In this document: positions 41,969 to 52,504 of the stretch, piece by piece
Layout of the letters: every line of letters begins with the position of its first letter
Position numbering within the stretch: the stretch's first letter is position 1
The notes under the pieces: model-generated
The model's database searches: none
Told to the model about the DNA's origin: nothing
Seen by the model: only the letters and a program-made list of their open reading frames with translations
Made by a program: the position numbers and the translations under genes
Source: Macrostomum lignano
Lineage: Eukaryota
DNA length: 64,000 nt
Reading direction: 5' to 3'
Assembly (NCBI GenBank): GCA_002269645.1
Contig: NIVC01000202.1
Coordinates: forward strand, 186,001 to 250,000

Positions 41969-42392
41969 CTAGACGGTGGTTCCAGAGTTCTTCTTCTTGA
42001 CGATCAAGTAGATGCCGACCCCGACGATGAGGGCGACCGCCAGCGCAACTCCGACGGCAATTAAGACAATGGCCAACACAGTCAGCCCACCGCCAGTCTC
42101 GTCAGTTCGTTCAACTTCGTCCAGATTGTCCGGCAGGCTGGTCTGCACCGAGGCCACATTGGACAGCTGGCCGAGAATTTTGTCCGAGTTTTCCGCGGCC
42201 ACCGCCAGGTAGACGGTGCCCGACAGACCGGACAGGGCCTCGGGCGGGACGGGCACGGAGATTGGAGATCCGGCCGCCTCGATTGAAGAGTTCAGCAGGG
42301 TGCGGTTCGAGCATCCGGGACTCGAGCTGTCCGGGGAGAGGAGGAGGCCAGGGGCTCCGGCTTGGTGCACAGCCACACGATGTAGCGGGAGG
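41969..42392 (-). CDS. CLCA: CLCA-like exon 10 (FnIII end, TM helix, short basic tail, TAG stop); contains an apparent 1-nt frameshift near 42333-42336
   Basis: Acceptor cacgcag|CC gives ASRYIVWLCTKPE (cf. CLCA1 TAHKYIIRIS). The downstream LLNSSIEAAGS...VYLAVAAEN...LSNVASV and hydrophobic LTVLAIVLIAVGVALAVALIVGVGIYLIV-KKK are in a different frame. Confidence 0.8.
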
Positions 42393-42509
42393 CTGCGTGG
42401 GATGAAGTTAAGGTTTGAAGTTAGCATTGAAAAAAGTGAAAAGTTTTTTAAGTCCTAAGCTTTTAACAGATTTTTGCTTGCGATGCAAAAAAGTATTTTT
42501 ATACTTGGA

Positions 42510-42757
42510 ACCTAAGCTCCAACCCTGGAAACCCCAAGCTCCAACCCTGGAAACCCCAAGCTCCAACCCTGGAAACCCCAAGCTCCAACCCTGGAATCCC
42601 CAAGCTCCAACCTGGAAACCCCAAGCTCCAACCCTGGAATCCCCAAGCTCCAACCTGGAAACCCCAAGCTCCAACCTGGAAACCCCAAGCTCCAACCCTG
42701 GAAGCCCCAAGCTCCAACCCTGGAAACCCCAAGCTCCAACCCTGGAAACCCCAAGCA
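42510..42757. repeat. 21/22-bp minisatellite (CCAAGCTCCAACCCTGGAAACC) in CLCA intron 9
   Basis: Tandem copies. Confidence 0.94.
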
Positions 42758-42778
42758 CACCCCTCCCCGATGACTCAC

Positions 42779-43057
42779 CCGATCCCTCCATCCGCCGGGC
42801 TCCCACCGCGGTGAACTCGAGGCCGACCTGAGCAGCCCGGCTGCCGAGGCTGATGCGAGCGCGCAGGTCGCCGATCCTGGCCGGAGGTGTCCGGCTTAGG
42901 CTGCCCTGGTCCACTCCGGTCACCTCAAACTTGCCGGCCGTGGAGACCCGGCTCACCGGCTTGCTGGCGGTCAGGCGGACATTGTACTCGCGGACCTGGT
43001 TGACCTGGGTTGGAACGAAGCCGCTGTACACTCCGTCACCCCGGATTGCGTCCGCTC
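42779..43057 (-). CDS. CLCA: CLCA-like exon 9
   Basis: cccag|GA acceptor and G|GTGAGT donor (phase 1 to 1). Encodes GADAIRGDGVYSGF...PPARIGDLRA...LEFTAVG (cf. GADATKDDGVYSRY, PPGQITDLKA, LTWTAPG). Confidence 0.9.
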
Positions 43058-43139
43058 CTGGGCAGGAAAATTTGATGATTAAAAATGAACAGAAATTCAA
43101 GCTCTCTATTGCATTCTATCGCCAAGTTGTAGAAATGAT

Positions 43140-43825
43140 AATCCCATTCAAAGGGAATCCCAGTCAAAGGAAATCACAGTCAAAGAAAATCCCAGTCAAG
43201 GGGAATCACAGTCAAAGGAAATCACAGTCAAAGGAAATCCCAGTCAAAGGGAATCACAGTCAAAGGAAATCCCAGTCAAAGGGAATCACAGTCAATGGGA
43301 ATCCCAGTTAAAGGGAATCCCAGTTGGGGAATTCCAGTCAAATGAAATCCCAGTCAAAGGGAATCCCAGTCAAATGGAATCCCAGTCAAGGGGAATCCCA
43401 GTCAAGGGGAATCCCAGTCAAGGGGAATCCCAGTCAAAGGAAATCCCAGTCAAAGGGAATCACAGTCGAAAAAGGAATCACAGTCAAAGGAAATCCAAGT
43501 CAAAGGGAATCACAGTCAAAGGGAATCCCAGTCAAGGGGAATCACAGTCAAAGGAAATCCCAGTCAAGGGGAATCACAGTCAAAGGAAATCCCAGTCAAA
43601 GGGAATCCCAGTCAAAGGAAATCCCAGTCAAAGGAAATCCCAGTCAAAGGGAATCACAGTCAAAGGAAATCCCAGTCAAAGGGAATCACAGTCAATGGGA
43701 ATCCCAGTTAAAGGGAATCCCAGTTGGGGAATTCCAGTCAAATGAAATCCCAGTCAAATAGAATCCCAGTCAAGGGGAATCCCAGTCAAGGGGAATCTCA
43801 GTCAAGGGGAATCCCAGTCAATCGA
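43140..43825. repeat. 16-bp minisatellite (AAAGGGAATCCCAGTC) in CLCA intron 8
   Basis: Tandem copies. Confidence 0.94.
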
Positions 43826-43887
43826 AAGTTCCAATAAGTCGGAAATCCAAGTCCAGGAGAATCCGAAGTCCAGGGAAGTTTGCTCAC

Positions 43888-44173
43888 CAAAGCCGTCGTC
43901 AAGCAGTTTGAACTCGGCGTCCACCCCGGTGTCGGACTCAACGCTGGCCAAGATCTCGGCGCCAGAGAGCAGCTCGGAGCCCTGGCTGAGCGTGGCGAAC
44001 ACCGAAACCCGAGTGTCAGCCCGAAGCACCAGCTTAGCTGGGCTGACCAAACCGTCCAGGATGATAGGCGCCGCGTCCGTTGGCCGCGAGGTGACCACCA
44101 GCGACAGGCCGTTGTTGGTCGGCTTGGGCAAGTCGCGGCTCTTACGGACGCCATGAATGGTCCAGCTGCCGGC
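43888..44173 (-). CDS. CLCA: CLCA-like exon 8
   Basis: ttccag|GCC acceptor and G|GTGAGC donor. Encodes AGSWT...LSLVVTSRP...VFATLSQG...GAEILASVE...LLDDGFG (CLCA beta-sheet-rich/FnIII region). Confidence 0.9.
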
Positions 44174-44214
44174 CTGGAATAGAGCGGCTTTTGAAGTTCT
44201 TCGGTTTCGCAGCT

Positions 44215-44548
44215 ATGGGTTGCCGAATTAAGTATTTGGTTGTCGAACTGGGTATTGGGTTGCCGAATCGGGTATTGGGTTGCCGAATCGGGTATTGGGT
44301 TGCCGAATCGGGTATTGGGTTGCCGAATCGGGTATTGGGTTGCCGAATTGGGTATTGGGTTGTCAAATTGGGTATTGGGTTGCCGAACTGGGTATTGGGT
44401 TGCCGAAATGGGTATTGGGTTGCCGAAATGGGTATTGGGTTGTCAAACTGGGTATTGAGTTGTCAAACTGGGTATTGGATTGCCGAAATGGGTATTGGGT
44501 TGCCGAAATGGGTATTGGGTTGCCGAAAGGAATATTGGGTTGTCGAAA
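44215..44548. repeat. 20-bp minisatellite (GGGTATTGGGTTGCCGAATC) in CLCA intron 7
   Basis: Tandem copies. Confidence 0.94.
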
Positions 44549-44560
44549 TGAACGGCTCAC

Positions 44561-44791
44561 TTCGATTTTGCCCTCGGTGCCGATGCTGACGACCCCGGCG
44601 GTCTCCTCCCGGAGGTAGTTGGAGCCGTTCAGGCTGGAGTATTCAACCCCGCTGGGCGAAACAACCCTCAGGTCGGCGTTCTTAATATCGGCGACTGCCG
44701 GTGAGCTCAGGGTAAACTGAGCACCTTTGCTGATGGACTCGTCAAGGACCACGTGCTCGGTGAAGGTGGCTGGCACTGGCGTTGAGAACAC
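44561..44791 (-). CDS. CLCA: CLCA-like exon 7
   Basis: aaacag|GTG acceptor and GAA|GTGAGC donor (phase 0 to 0). Encodes HVVLDESISKGAQF...DLRVVSPSG (cf. TVIVDSTVGKDTLF, LTDPSG). Confidence 0.88.
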
Positions 44792-44944
44792 CTGTTTGTG
44801 AATGTTTGTGGTACAAACGCACGGGCATCGGATTGCCGTTTAATTTGTCTTGGCATTTCCATGCTTCCAAAAAGTTTATATCAGTCACCAGTTGACTATT
44901 CCGGGGCTTTCACCATCTCATAATCTCACGCTCACTATTCCTGC

Positions 44945-46462
44945 CTTCACCAACTTGCAAATCCCATTCACCAACTCGCTAATCCGCGTTCACCAACTCA
45001 CTAATCTGCGTTCACCAACTCGCTAATACTGCATTCACCAACTCACTAATCCGCATTCACCAAATCACTAATCCGCATTCACCAACTCACTAATCCGCAT
45101 TCACCAAATCACTAATCCGCATTCACCAACTCACTAATCCGCGTTCACCAACTCACTAATCCGCATTCACCAACTCACTAATCCGCATTCACTAACTCAC
45201 TAATCTGCATTCACCAACTCACTAATCCGCATTCACCAACTCACTAATCCGCATTCACCAACTCATTAATCTGCATTCACCAACTCACTAATCCGCATTC
45301 ACCAACTCACTAATCCGCATTCACCAACTCATTAATCTGCATTCACCAACTCACTAATCCGCATTCACCAACTCGCTAATCCTGAATTCACCAACTCACA
45401 AATCCGCATTCGCCAACTCACTAATTTGCATTCACCAACTCACTAATCCGCATTCACCAACTCACTAATCCGCATTCACCAACTCGCTAATCCTGAATTC
45501 ACCAACTCACTAATCCGAATTCACCAACTCACTAATCTGCATTAACCAAATCATTAATCCAAATTCACCAACTCACTAATCCGCATTCACCAACTCACTA
45601 ATCCGCATTCACCAAATCACTAATCCGCATTCACCAACTCACTAATCCGCGTTCACCAACTCACTAATCCGCATTCACCAACTCACTAATCCGCATTCAC
45701 CAACTCACTAATCTGCATTCACCAACTCACTAATCCGCATTCACCAACTCGCTAATCCTGAATTCACCAACTCACAAATCCGCATTCGCCAACTCACTAA
45801 TTTGCATTCACCAACTCACTAATCCGCATTCACCAACTCACTAATCCGCATTCACCAACTCGCTAATCCTGAATTCACCAACTCACTAATCCGAATTCAC
45901 CAACTCACTAATCTGCATTAACCAAATCATTAATCCAAATTCACCAACTCACTAATCTGTATTCACCAACTCGCTAATCCTGCATTCACCAACTCACTAA
46001 TCCGCATTTACCAACTCACTAATCCGCATTCACCAACTCACTAATTTGCATTCACCAACTCGCTAATCCTGAATTCACCAACTCACTAATCCGAATTCAC
46101 CAACTCACTAATCTGCATTAACCAATTCATTAATCCAAATTCACCAACTCACTAATCCGTATTCACCAACTCATTAATCTGCATTCACCAACTCACTAAT
46201 CCGCATTCACTAACTCGCTAATCCGCATTCACCAACTCACTAATCCGCGTTCACCAACTCACTAATCCGCATTCACCAACTCACTAATCCGCATTCACTA
46301 ACTTACTAATCTGCATTCACCAACTCACTAATCCGCATTCACCAACTCACTAATCCGCATTCACTAACTTACTAATCTGCATTCACCAACTCACTAATCC
46401 GCATTCACCAACTCACTAATCCGCATTCACCAACTCGTTAATCCTGCGTTCACCAAACTCAC
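44945..46462. repeat. 22-bp minisatellite (CCGCATTCACCAACTCACTAAT), ~65-70 copies, in CLCA intron 6
   Basis: Tandem array running up to the exon-6 donor. Confidence 0.97.
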
Positions 46463-46771
46463 ATCGATAGGCTTCTGCGAGGTGTCCACCCGGTCCCTGA
46501 CCATGTCTGACATGGCCTCCATCAGGTCGTTCGCCGGGCTGTTGAACCTGGCAAAGTAGGCTTTGCCGCCAGTCACAGCCGACAGTTCGGCGAGCCGCTT
46601 GTCTGCCTGACTGCCGAACGCCACCGTGTCCACAACGATTGACGTTCGAGCGGCGATGGCGGTCGCCTGTGCCAGGGTGTATCTGGGCGTGTGGTTCTCC
46701 TGGCCATCAGTCAGCAGCAAAATGTAGCCTGTGTCCTCCTTGCTGGGCCGGTTCATGTCCGCTCCCAGCAG
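46463..46771 (-). CDS. CLCA: CLCA-like exon 6 (vWA C-terminal half)
   Basis: ttcacag|CTG acceptor and GAT|GTGAGT donor. Encodes YILLLTDGQEN...VDTVAFGSQADKRLAELSAVTGG. Confidence 0.93.
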
Positions 46772-47961
46772 CTGTGAAGGGGAGAAATGGGATCTTAAAG
46801 ATGCTTAACAAGTCTTCAATTTTGCAACTGATCAATATTTTCATCATAAACCTCCTAACTATCCGCTACTAAACTTCTAAAACACTGAAATCTGCTAATA
46901 AACTCGCATAGGTCCTAAAATTTCACCACTAAACTCACATATGTCCTAAAAAGTCTAACACTAAACTCACATATGTCCTAAAAAGTCTAACACTAAACTC
47001 ACTTAGGTCCTAAAAAGTCTAACACTAAACTCACTTAGGTCCTAAAATTTCACCACTAAACTCACATAGGTCCTAAAAAGTCTAACACTATACTCACATA
47101 TGTCCTAAAAAGTCTAACACTAAACTCACATAGGTCCTAAAAAGTCTAACACTAAACTCACATAGGTCCTAAAAAGTCTAACACTAAACTCACATAGGTC
47201 CTAAAAAGTCTAACACTAAACTCACTTAGGTCCTAAAAAGTCTAACACTAAACTCACTTAGGTCCTAAAAAGTCTAACACTAAACTCACATAGGTCCTAA
47301 AAAGTCTAACACTAAACTCACATAGGTCCTAAAAAGTCTAACACTAAACTCACTTAGGTCCTAAAAAGTCTAACACTAAACTCACATAGGTCCTAAAAAG
47401 TCTAACACTAAACTCACATAGGTCCTAAAAAGTCTAACACTAAACTCACTTAGGTCCTAAAAAGTCTAACACTAAACTCACTTAGGTCCTAAAAAGTCTA
47501 ACACTAAACTCACTTAGGTCCTAAAAAGTCTAACACTAAACTCACATAGGTCCTAAAAAGTCTAACACTAAACTCACATAGGTCCTAAAAAGTCTAACAC
47601 TAAACTCACTTAGGTCCTAAAAAGTCTAACACTAAACTCACATCTGTCCTAAAAAGTCTAACACTAAACTCACATAGGTCCTAAAAGTCTAACACTAAAC
47701 TCACTTAGGTCCTAAAAAGTCTAACACTAAACTCACATCTGTCCTAAAAAGTCTAACACTAAACTCACATCTGTCCTAAAAAGTCTAACACTAAACTCAC
47801 ATAGGTCCTAAAAAGTCTAACACTAAACTCACATAGGTCCTAAAAAGTCTAACACTAAACTCACTTAGGTCCTAAAAAGTCTAACACTAAACTCACATAG
47901 GTCCTAAAAAGTCTAACACTAAACTCACTTAGGTCCTAAAAAGTCTAACACTAAACTCACA

Positions 47962-50352
47962 TCTAATATACTAAAAGTCCTACCTTTGTCCTCCTATATA
48001 CTAAAAATGAGTTGTCTGTGGGTAGGTAGGTAGGTATGCGATAGATTTCAGAAAAAATGGCTCAACCGATTTTCTTCAAACTTGCACCATTCGATCAGAA
48101 ATTTTCCTGGGACGGTACATGCATCTTGGCTAAGAAATTGCTCAATATTAAAGGGATTAAATATTCGAAAAACATGCTTTTTTGCAAAGGTCAAGCAGCT
48201 CTTTCGACCTAAAATGCATTGTAAGAATGCTAGAGAAAAAACTGACTGACTGAATTCCAATTGTGATAAAGATTACATCACAACCAGTTGAAAACAGTGC
48301 CGAACAAATGCACACAAAACTTGATTTAAATTGCGTAACAATATTGCTAACTTAAATCGACACTGATACTGGCTGACTGAGAAATTGATTATGTCATAAC
48401 TTTTTACTCTAGCCGATTTAATAAAAGAATTTAATTATAAGGGCCACAATTCATGTACTCCAATTGACAAGAGATAGCATAGATGCGAACAGACTGGACT
48501 GCTAATGCAGCGACCTGGGTTCGAATCTTAGTAGTGCAAAAAGATTTTTTTATTCAAAAACCTTAAAAACACAAAATGCTAAATACAAAAAAGCACAATG
48601 TCAAACATTAAAGAGCCACCATGTCTAACATTAAAGTGCCACCATTTCAAACATTAAAGAGCCACCATGTCGAACATTAAAGAGCCACCATGTCTAACAT
48701 TAAAGAGCCACCATGTCTAACATTAAAGAGCCACCATGTCAAACATTAAAGAGCCATCATGTCGACCATTAAAGAGACACCATGTCCAACATATATGTGA
48801 CTTCATGTCAAACATTAAAGAGCCATCATGTCGACCATTAAAGAGACACCATGTCCAACATATATGTGACTTCATGTCAAACATTAAAGAGCCATCATGT
48901 CAAAAATTAAAGAGCCACCATGTCTAACATTAAAGAGCCACCATGTCTAACATTAAAGAGCCACCATGTCTAACATTAAAGAGCCACCATGTCTAACATT
49001 AAAGAGCCACCATGTCAAACATTAAAGAGCCATCATGTCGACCATTAAAGAGACACCATGTCCAACATATATGTGACTTCATGTCAAACATTAAAGAGCC
49101 ACCATGTCTAACATTAAAGAGCCACCATGTCAAACATTAAAGAGCCAACATGTCTAACATTAAAGAGCCAGCATGTCGAACATTAAAGAGACACCATGTC
49201 CAACATATATGTGACTTCATGTCAAACATAAAAGAGCCATCATATCGAACATAAAAGAGCCACTATGTCTAACATAAAAGGACCACCATATCAAACATTA
49301 AAGAGCCACCATGTCAAACATTAAAGAGCCACCATGTCGAACATTAAAAGGCCACCATGTCGAACATTATAGAGCTACCATATCGAACATTAAAGAGCCA
49401 TCATGCCGAACATTAAAGAGCCACCATGTAAATTATAAAAAAGCCACCATGTCAAACATTAAAGAGCCATCATGTCAAACATAAAAGGACCACCATGTCA
49501 AACAATAAAGAGGCACCATGTCGAACATTAAGAAGTCACCATGTCGAACATTAAAGAGCCACCATGTCTAACATTAAAGAGCCACCATGTCGAACATTAA
49601 AGAACCACCATGTCTAACATTATAGAGCCACCATGTCGATCATTAAAGAGCCACTATTTCAAACATTAAAGAGCCATCATTACATTAAGGTGCCACCAGG
49701 TCAAACATTAAAGAGCGACCATGTCGAACATAAAACAGCCACCATGTCAAACATAAAAGAGCCACCATGTCAAACATAAAAGAGCCACCATGTAAAACAT
49801 AAAAGAGCCATCATGTCAAACATTAAAGAGCCACCATGTCAAACATTAAAGAGCCACAATGTTAAACATAAAACAGCCACCATGTCAAACATAAAAGAGC
49901 CATCATGTCAAACATATATGTGACTCCCTGTCAAACAGTAAAGAGCCACCATGTCTAACATTAAAGAGCCACCAAGTCGAACATTAAAGAGCCACCATGT
50001 CAAAAATAAAAGAGCCACCATAAAATTTACACAATTTCAAACGTAAAAGTAAGCGTCATGCCAATTTTAAAGGAGCCACTATAGAGCTAAGGAAATTGTA
50101 GCACTAGCTACTTGTTGTATGGCGGATGCTTACTATTTGGGGATGCTTGCTATCTGGGGGATGCTTGCTATCTGGGGGATGCTTGCTATCTGGGGGATGC
50201 TTGCTGTCTTGGTATGATTTCTTTTTCATTACACTTTATTTGAGCAGTTTGTCTGTCGTCTTTGTGAAGGCTTTATTTGGCTGTCTTTTTGTTACTTGTA
50301 GAGAACAGAGATTCTATCCAGATGTCCCCCAACGGGGGGCGAAGATTGCTAG
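47962..50352 (+). mobile_element. Non-autonomous Helitron, 2391 bp
   Basis: 5' TC(TAATATACTAAAA) and 3' CTAG, with a CCCCC-AAC-GGGGG hairpin (50326-50338) ~10 bp before the end. Inserted between A and T with no TSD; removing it restores the repeat variant CTAAACTCACA|TCTGTCCTAAAAAG found elsewhere in the array. Confidence 0.88.
48590..50022. repeat. 23-bp minisatellite (AAACATTAAAGAGCCACCATGTC) inside the Helitron
   Basis: Diverged tandem copies. Confidence 0.93.
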
Positions 50353-51057
50353 TCTGTCCTAAAAAGTCTAACACTAAACTCACATAGGTCCTAAAAGTCT
50401 AACACTAAACTCACTTAGGTCCTAAAAAGTCTAACACTAAACTCACATCTGTCCTAAAAAGTCTAACACTAAACTCACATATGTCCTAAAAAGTCTAACA
50501 CTAAACTCGCATAGGTCCTAAAAGTCTAACACTAAACTCACATATGTCCTAAAAAGTCTAACACTAAACTCGCATAGGTCCTAAAAGTCTACGTGTAAAC
50601 TCACATCTGTCCTAAAAAGTCTAACACTAAACTCACATATGTCCTAAAAAGTCTAACACTAAACTCACATATGTCCTAAAAAGTCTAACACTAAACTCGC
50701 ATAGGTCCTAAAAGTCTAACACTAAACTCACATAGGTCCTAAAAGTCTAACATTAAACTCACATATGTCCTAAAAAGTCTAACACTAAACTCACATATGT
50801 CCTAAAAAGTCTAACACTAAACTCGCATAGGTCCTAAAAAGTCTAACACTAAACTCACATATGTCCTAAAAAGTCTAACACTAAACTCACATATGTCCTA
50901 AAAAGTCTAACACTAAACTCACATAGATGCTATTATTAAACCATGATAAACCTCCGTATTTCTAGTTGGCTCACAAATACTCCACAGATCCTGGCTGCTT
51001 TCTCTTAATCCCAAAGAATCCCACATCTCAGAATCCAAATTCCTTCTTGTCATTTAC

Positions 51058-51294
51058 CTCCATAGCGTCAGCCAGAGCGCCCCCAATTGCCGTGCCGCCT
51101 CTGGCTGTCAGGCCGGCAACGATTCTCCAGTACTCTCTGCGGATAGCCGCGCTGTCCAGCGGGTTCAGGTTGCGCAGGAGGGTCGACGAAGTGCTGAAGC
51201 TGGTCATGGCGCACTGGATCCCGTCTTCCAGTAGCCCCAGCAGCAGCGTGCGGACTGCGATCTTCATCTTGGCCAGGGGAGTGCCTTGGTTGGT
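51058..51294 (-). CDS. CLCA: CLCA-like exon 5 (vWA)
   Basis: catcag|ACC acceptor and GAG|GTAAAT donor. Encodes LAKMKIAV...AMTSFST...ARGGTAIGGALADAME. Confidence 0.92.
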
Positions 51295-51324
51295 CTGATG
51301 AGTATAATAGATAAGATAATGAAT

Positions 51325-51330
51325 AGATAC

Positions 51331-51377
<47 letters not shown>

Positions 51378-51380
51378 CTA

Positions 51381-51449
<69 letters not shown>

Positions 51450-51452
51450 GGC

Positions 51453-51485
<33 letters not shown>

Positions 51486-51535
51486 GGCAGACAGACAGAC
51501 AGACAGACAGGCAGACAGACAGACAGGCAGACAGG
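51325..51535. repeat. (GACA)n microsatellite filling CLCA intron 4
   Basis: Direct inspection. Confidence 0.97.
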
Positions 51536-51542
51536 CACTCAC

Positions 51543-51754
51543 GCCCATGCTTCCGGAGACGTCCATCACGATGACCAGCCTTCGAGCGCCCCGCGGCTGC
51601 ACTACAGTGAAGTTGACGGTGGTGTCAGTCTCGCTGCCATCGATAGCCTTCTTGTAGTCGGCGTGCTCCAGCATCACGGACTGGACGCTGCGGCCGTAGC
51701 AGCGCCGGTTCTGCGGATTCGGCGCCGCCACGTTGTGATCGAAGTCCGGGTCGC
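51543..51754 (-). CDS. CLCA: CLCA-like exon 4 (end of Cys-rich region, vWA start with MIDAS DVSGS)
   Basis: tcgcag|GC acceptor and GGC|GTGAGT donor. Encodes HNVAAPNPQNRRCYGRSVQSVM...RRLVIVMDVSGSMG (cf. HNKEAPNKQNQKCNLRSTWEVI, VCLVLDKSGSM). Confidence 0.94.
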
Positions 51755-51860
51755 CTGCGAGTCCAAAATAAAAAGTCTCGGTAGCAGTTAAAACAGTGGT
51801 GACGCGAATACGAAAATTTATATTTACGAGTTCAGTCTTTCAATGATCACAGGATCATCC

Positions 51861-52134
51861 TTTTTTTAAGGAGGTGCAACCGACAGCAGCTATTGCGCGG
51901 CGCATCTGAAGGCTGCGTACGGCTGTTCAGTCCAAGGACTGGGGGGGGGGGGTATCGCCACACACAGCCTCAATTACCCCAGCTAATGCTGGCACCCATT
52001 TTACAGCTGGGTGAACTGAAGCAATGCAGAGTTAAGGGTCTCGCTCAAGGACACAAATTGCTTCAGTGGGGTCGTGAATCGAACCCCCGACTTTCAAGTC
52101 GTAAGTCTGACGCTCTAACCACTAGACTACGACC
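51861..52134 (-). mobile_element. tRNA-derived SINE with CORE-like central domain in CLCA intron 3
   Basis: Minus-strand head GGTCGTAGTCTAGTGGTTAGAGCG...GGGTTCGATTC (A/B boxes), then GTGTCCTTGAGCGAGACCCTTAACTC...CAGCTGTAAAATGGG, which resembles the MIR CORE consensus. A-tail at 51861-51867; no clear TSD. Confidence 0.8.
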
Positions 52135-52176
52135 TACGAGTAGATAATAAATAAATAATAATTTGAGCAAAGCTAC

Positions 52177-52479
52177 CTGAAGGCGGCTGGCAGAACTGCC
52201 TCACTGAGGCCAAGTAAGTCGTGTACATCAGCGATGCCTGAGCAGTCTGAGCCGAGTCCAAAATGAAGCGACAGTCGGGCTCCAGCTCCAGGGTCACGCG
52301 GTCCACTTTGCACGGATTTCCGGTGTCCTTGTGCCCGAACTTTCCCGTGATGCTGGCCGAACAGCGGACGGGGCTCAGGCGGCCCTGGTGCAGGAAGGCG
52401 TGCGGTCCCAAGGCTCCGTTGTACTCGTTGAACACTCCCCAGCGGAGGTGGGCGAACTCGTGCACCAGCTGCTTGCCCA
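52177..52479 (-). CDS. CLCA: CLCA-like exon 3 (HExxH zinc metalloprotease motif)
   Basis: ggcag|TG acceptor and G|GTAGCT donor (phase 1 to 1). Encodes GKQLVHEFAHLRWGVFNEYN...SPVRCS...CRF...ASLMY...QFC. Confidence 0.94.
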
Positions 52480-52504
52480 CTGCCGGTTGGGGTGAATTTT
52501 CGAC

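Larger units (their letters stand above)
46905..50925. repeat. 32-bp minisatellite (CTAAACTCACATAGGTCCTAAAAAGTCTAACA) in CLCA intron 5, split into 46905-47961 and 50353-50925 by a Helitron
   Basis: The same unit occurs on both sides of the insertion. Confidence 0.95.

Noticed and set aside
42327-42376. 50-nt mini-intron (GTGGCT...GGACAG) as a fix for the CLCA frameshift
   Set aside because: It would restore the frame, but the donor is weak and it would remove sequence that aligns to CLCA. A single-base indel is more parsimonious, though the intron is not excluded.
52065-52134. tRNA-Val(TAC) gene on the minus strand
   Set aside because: The T-stem and anticodon stem are broken, and it is directly followed by a CORE-like domain, so it is a SINE head.
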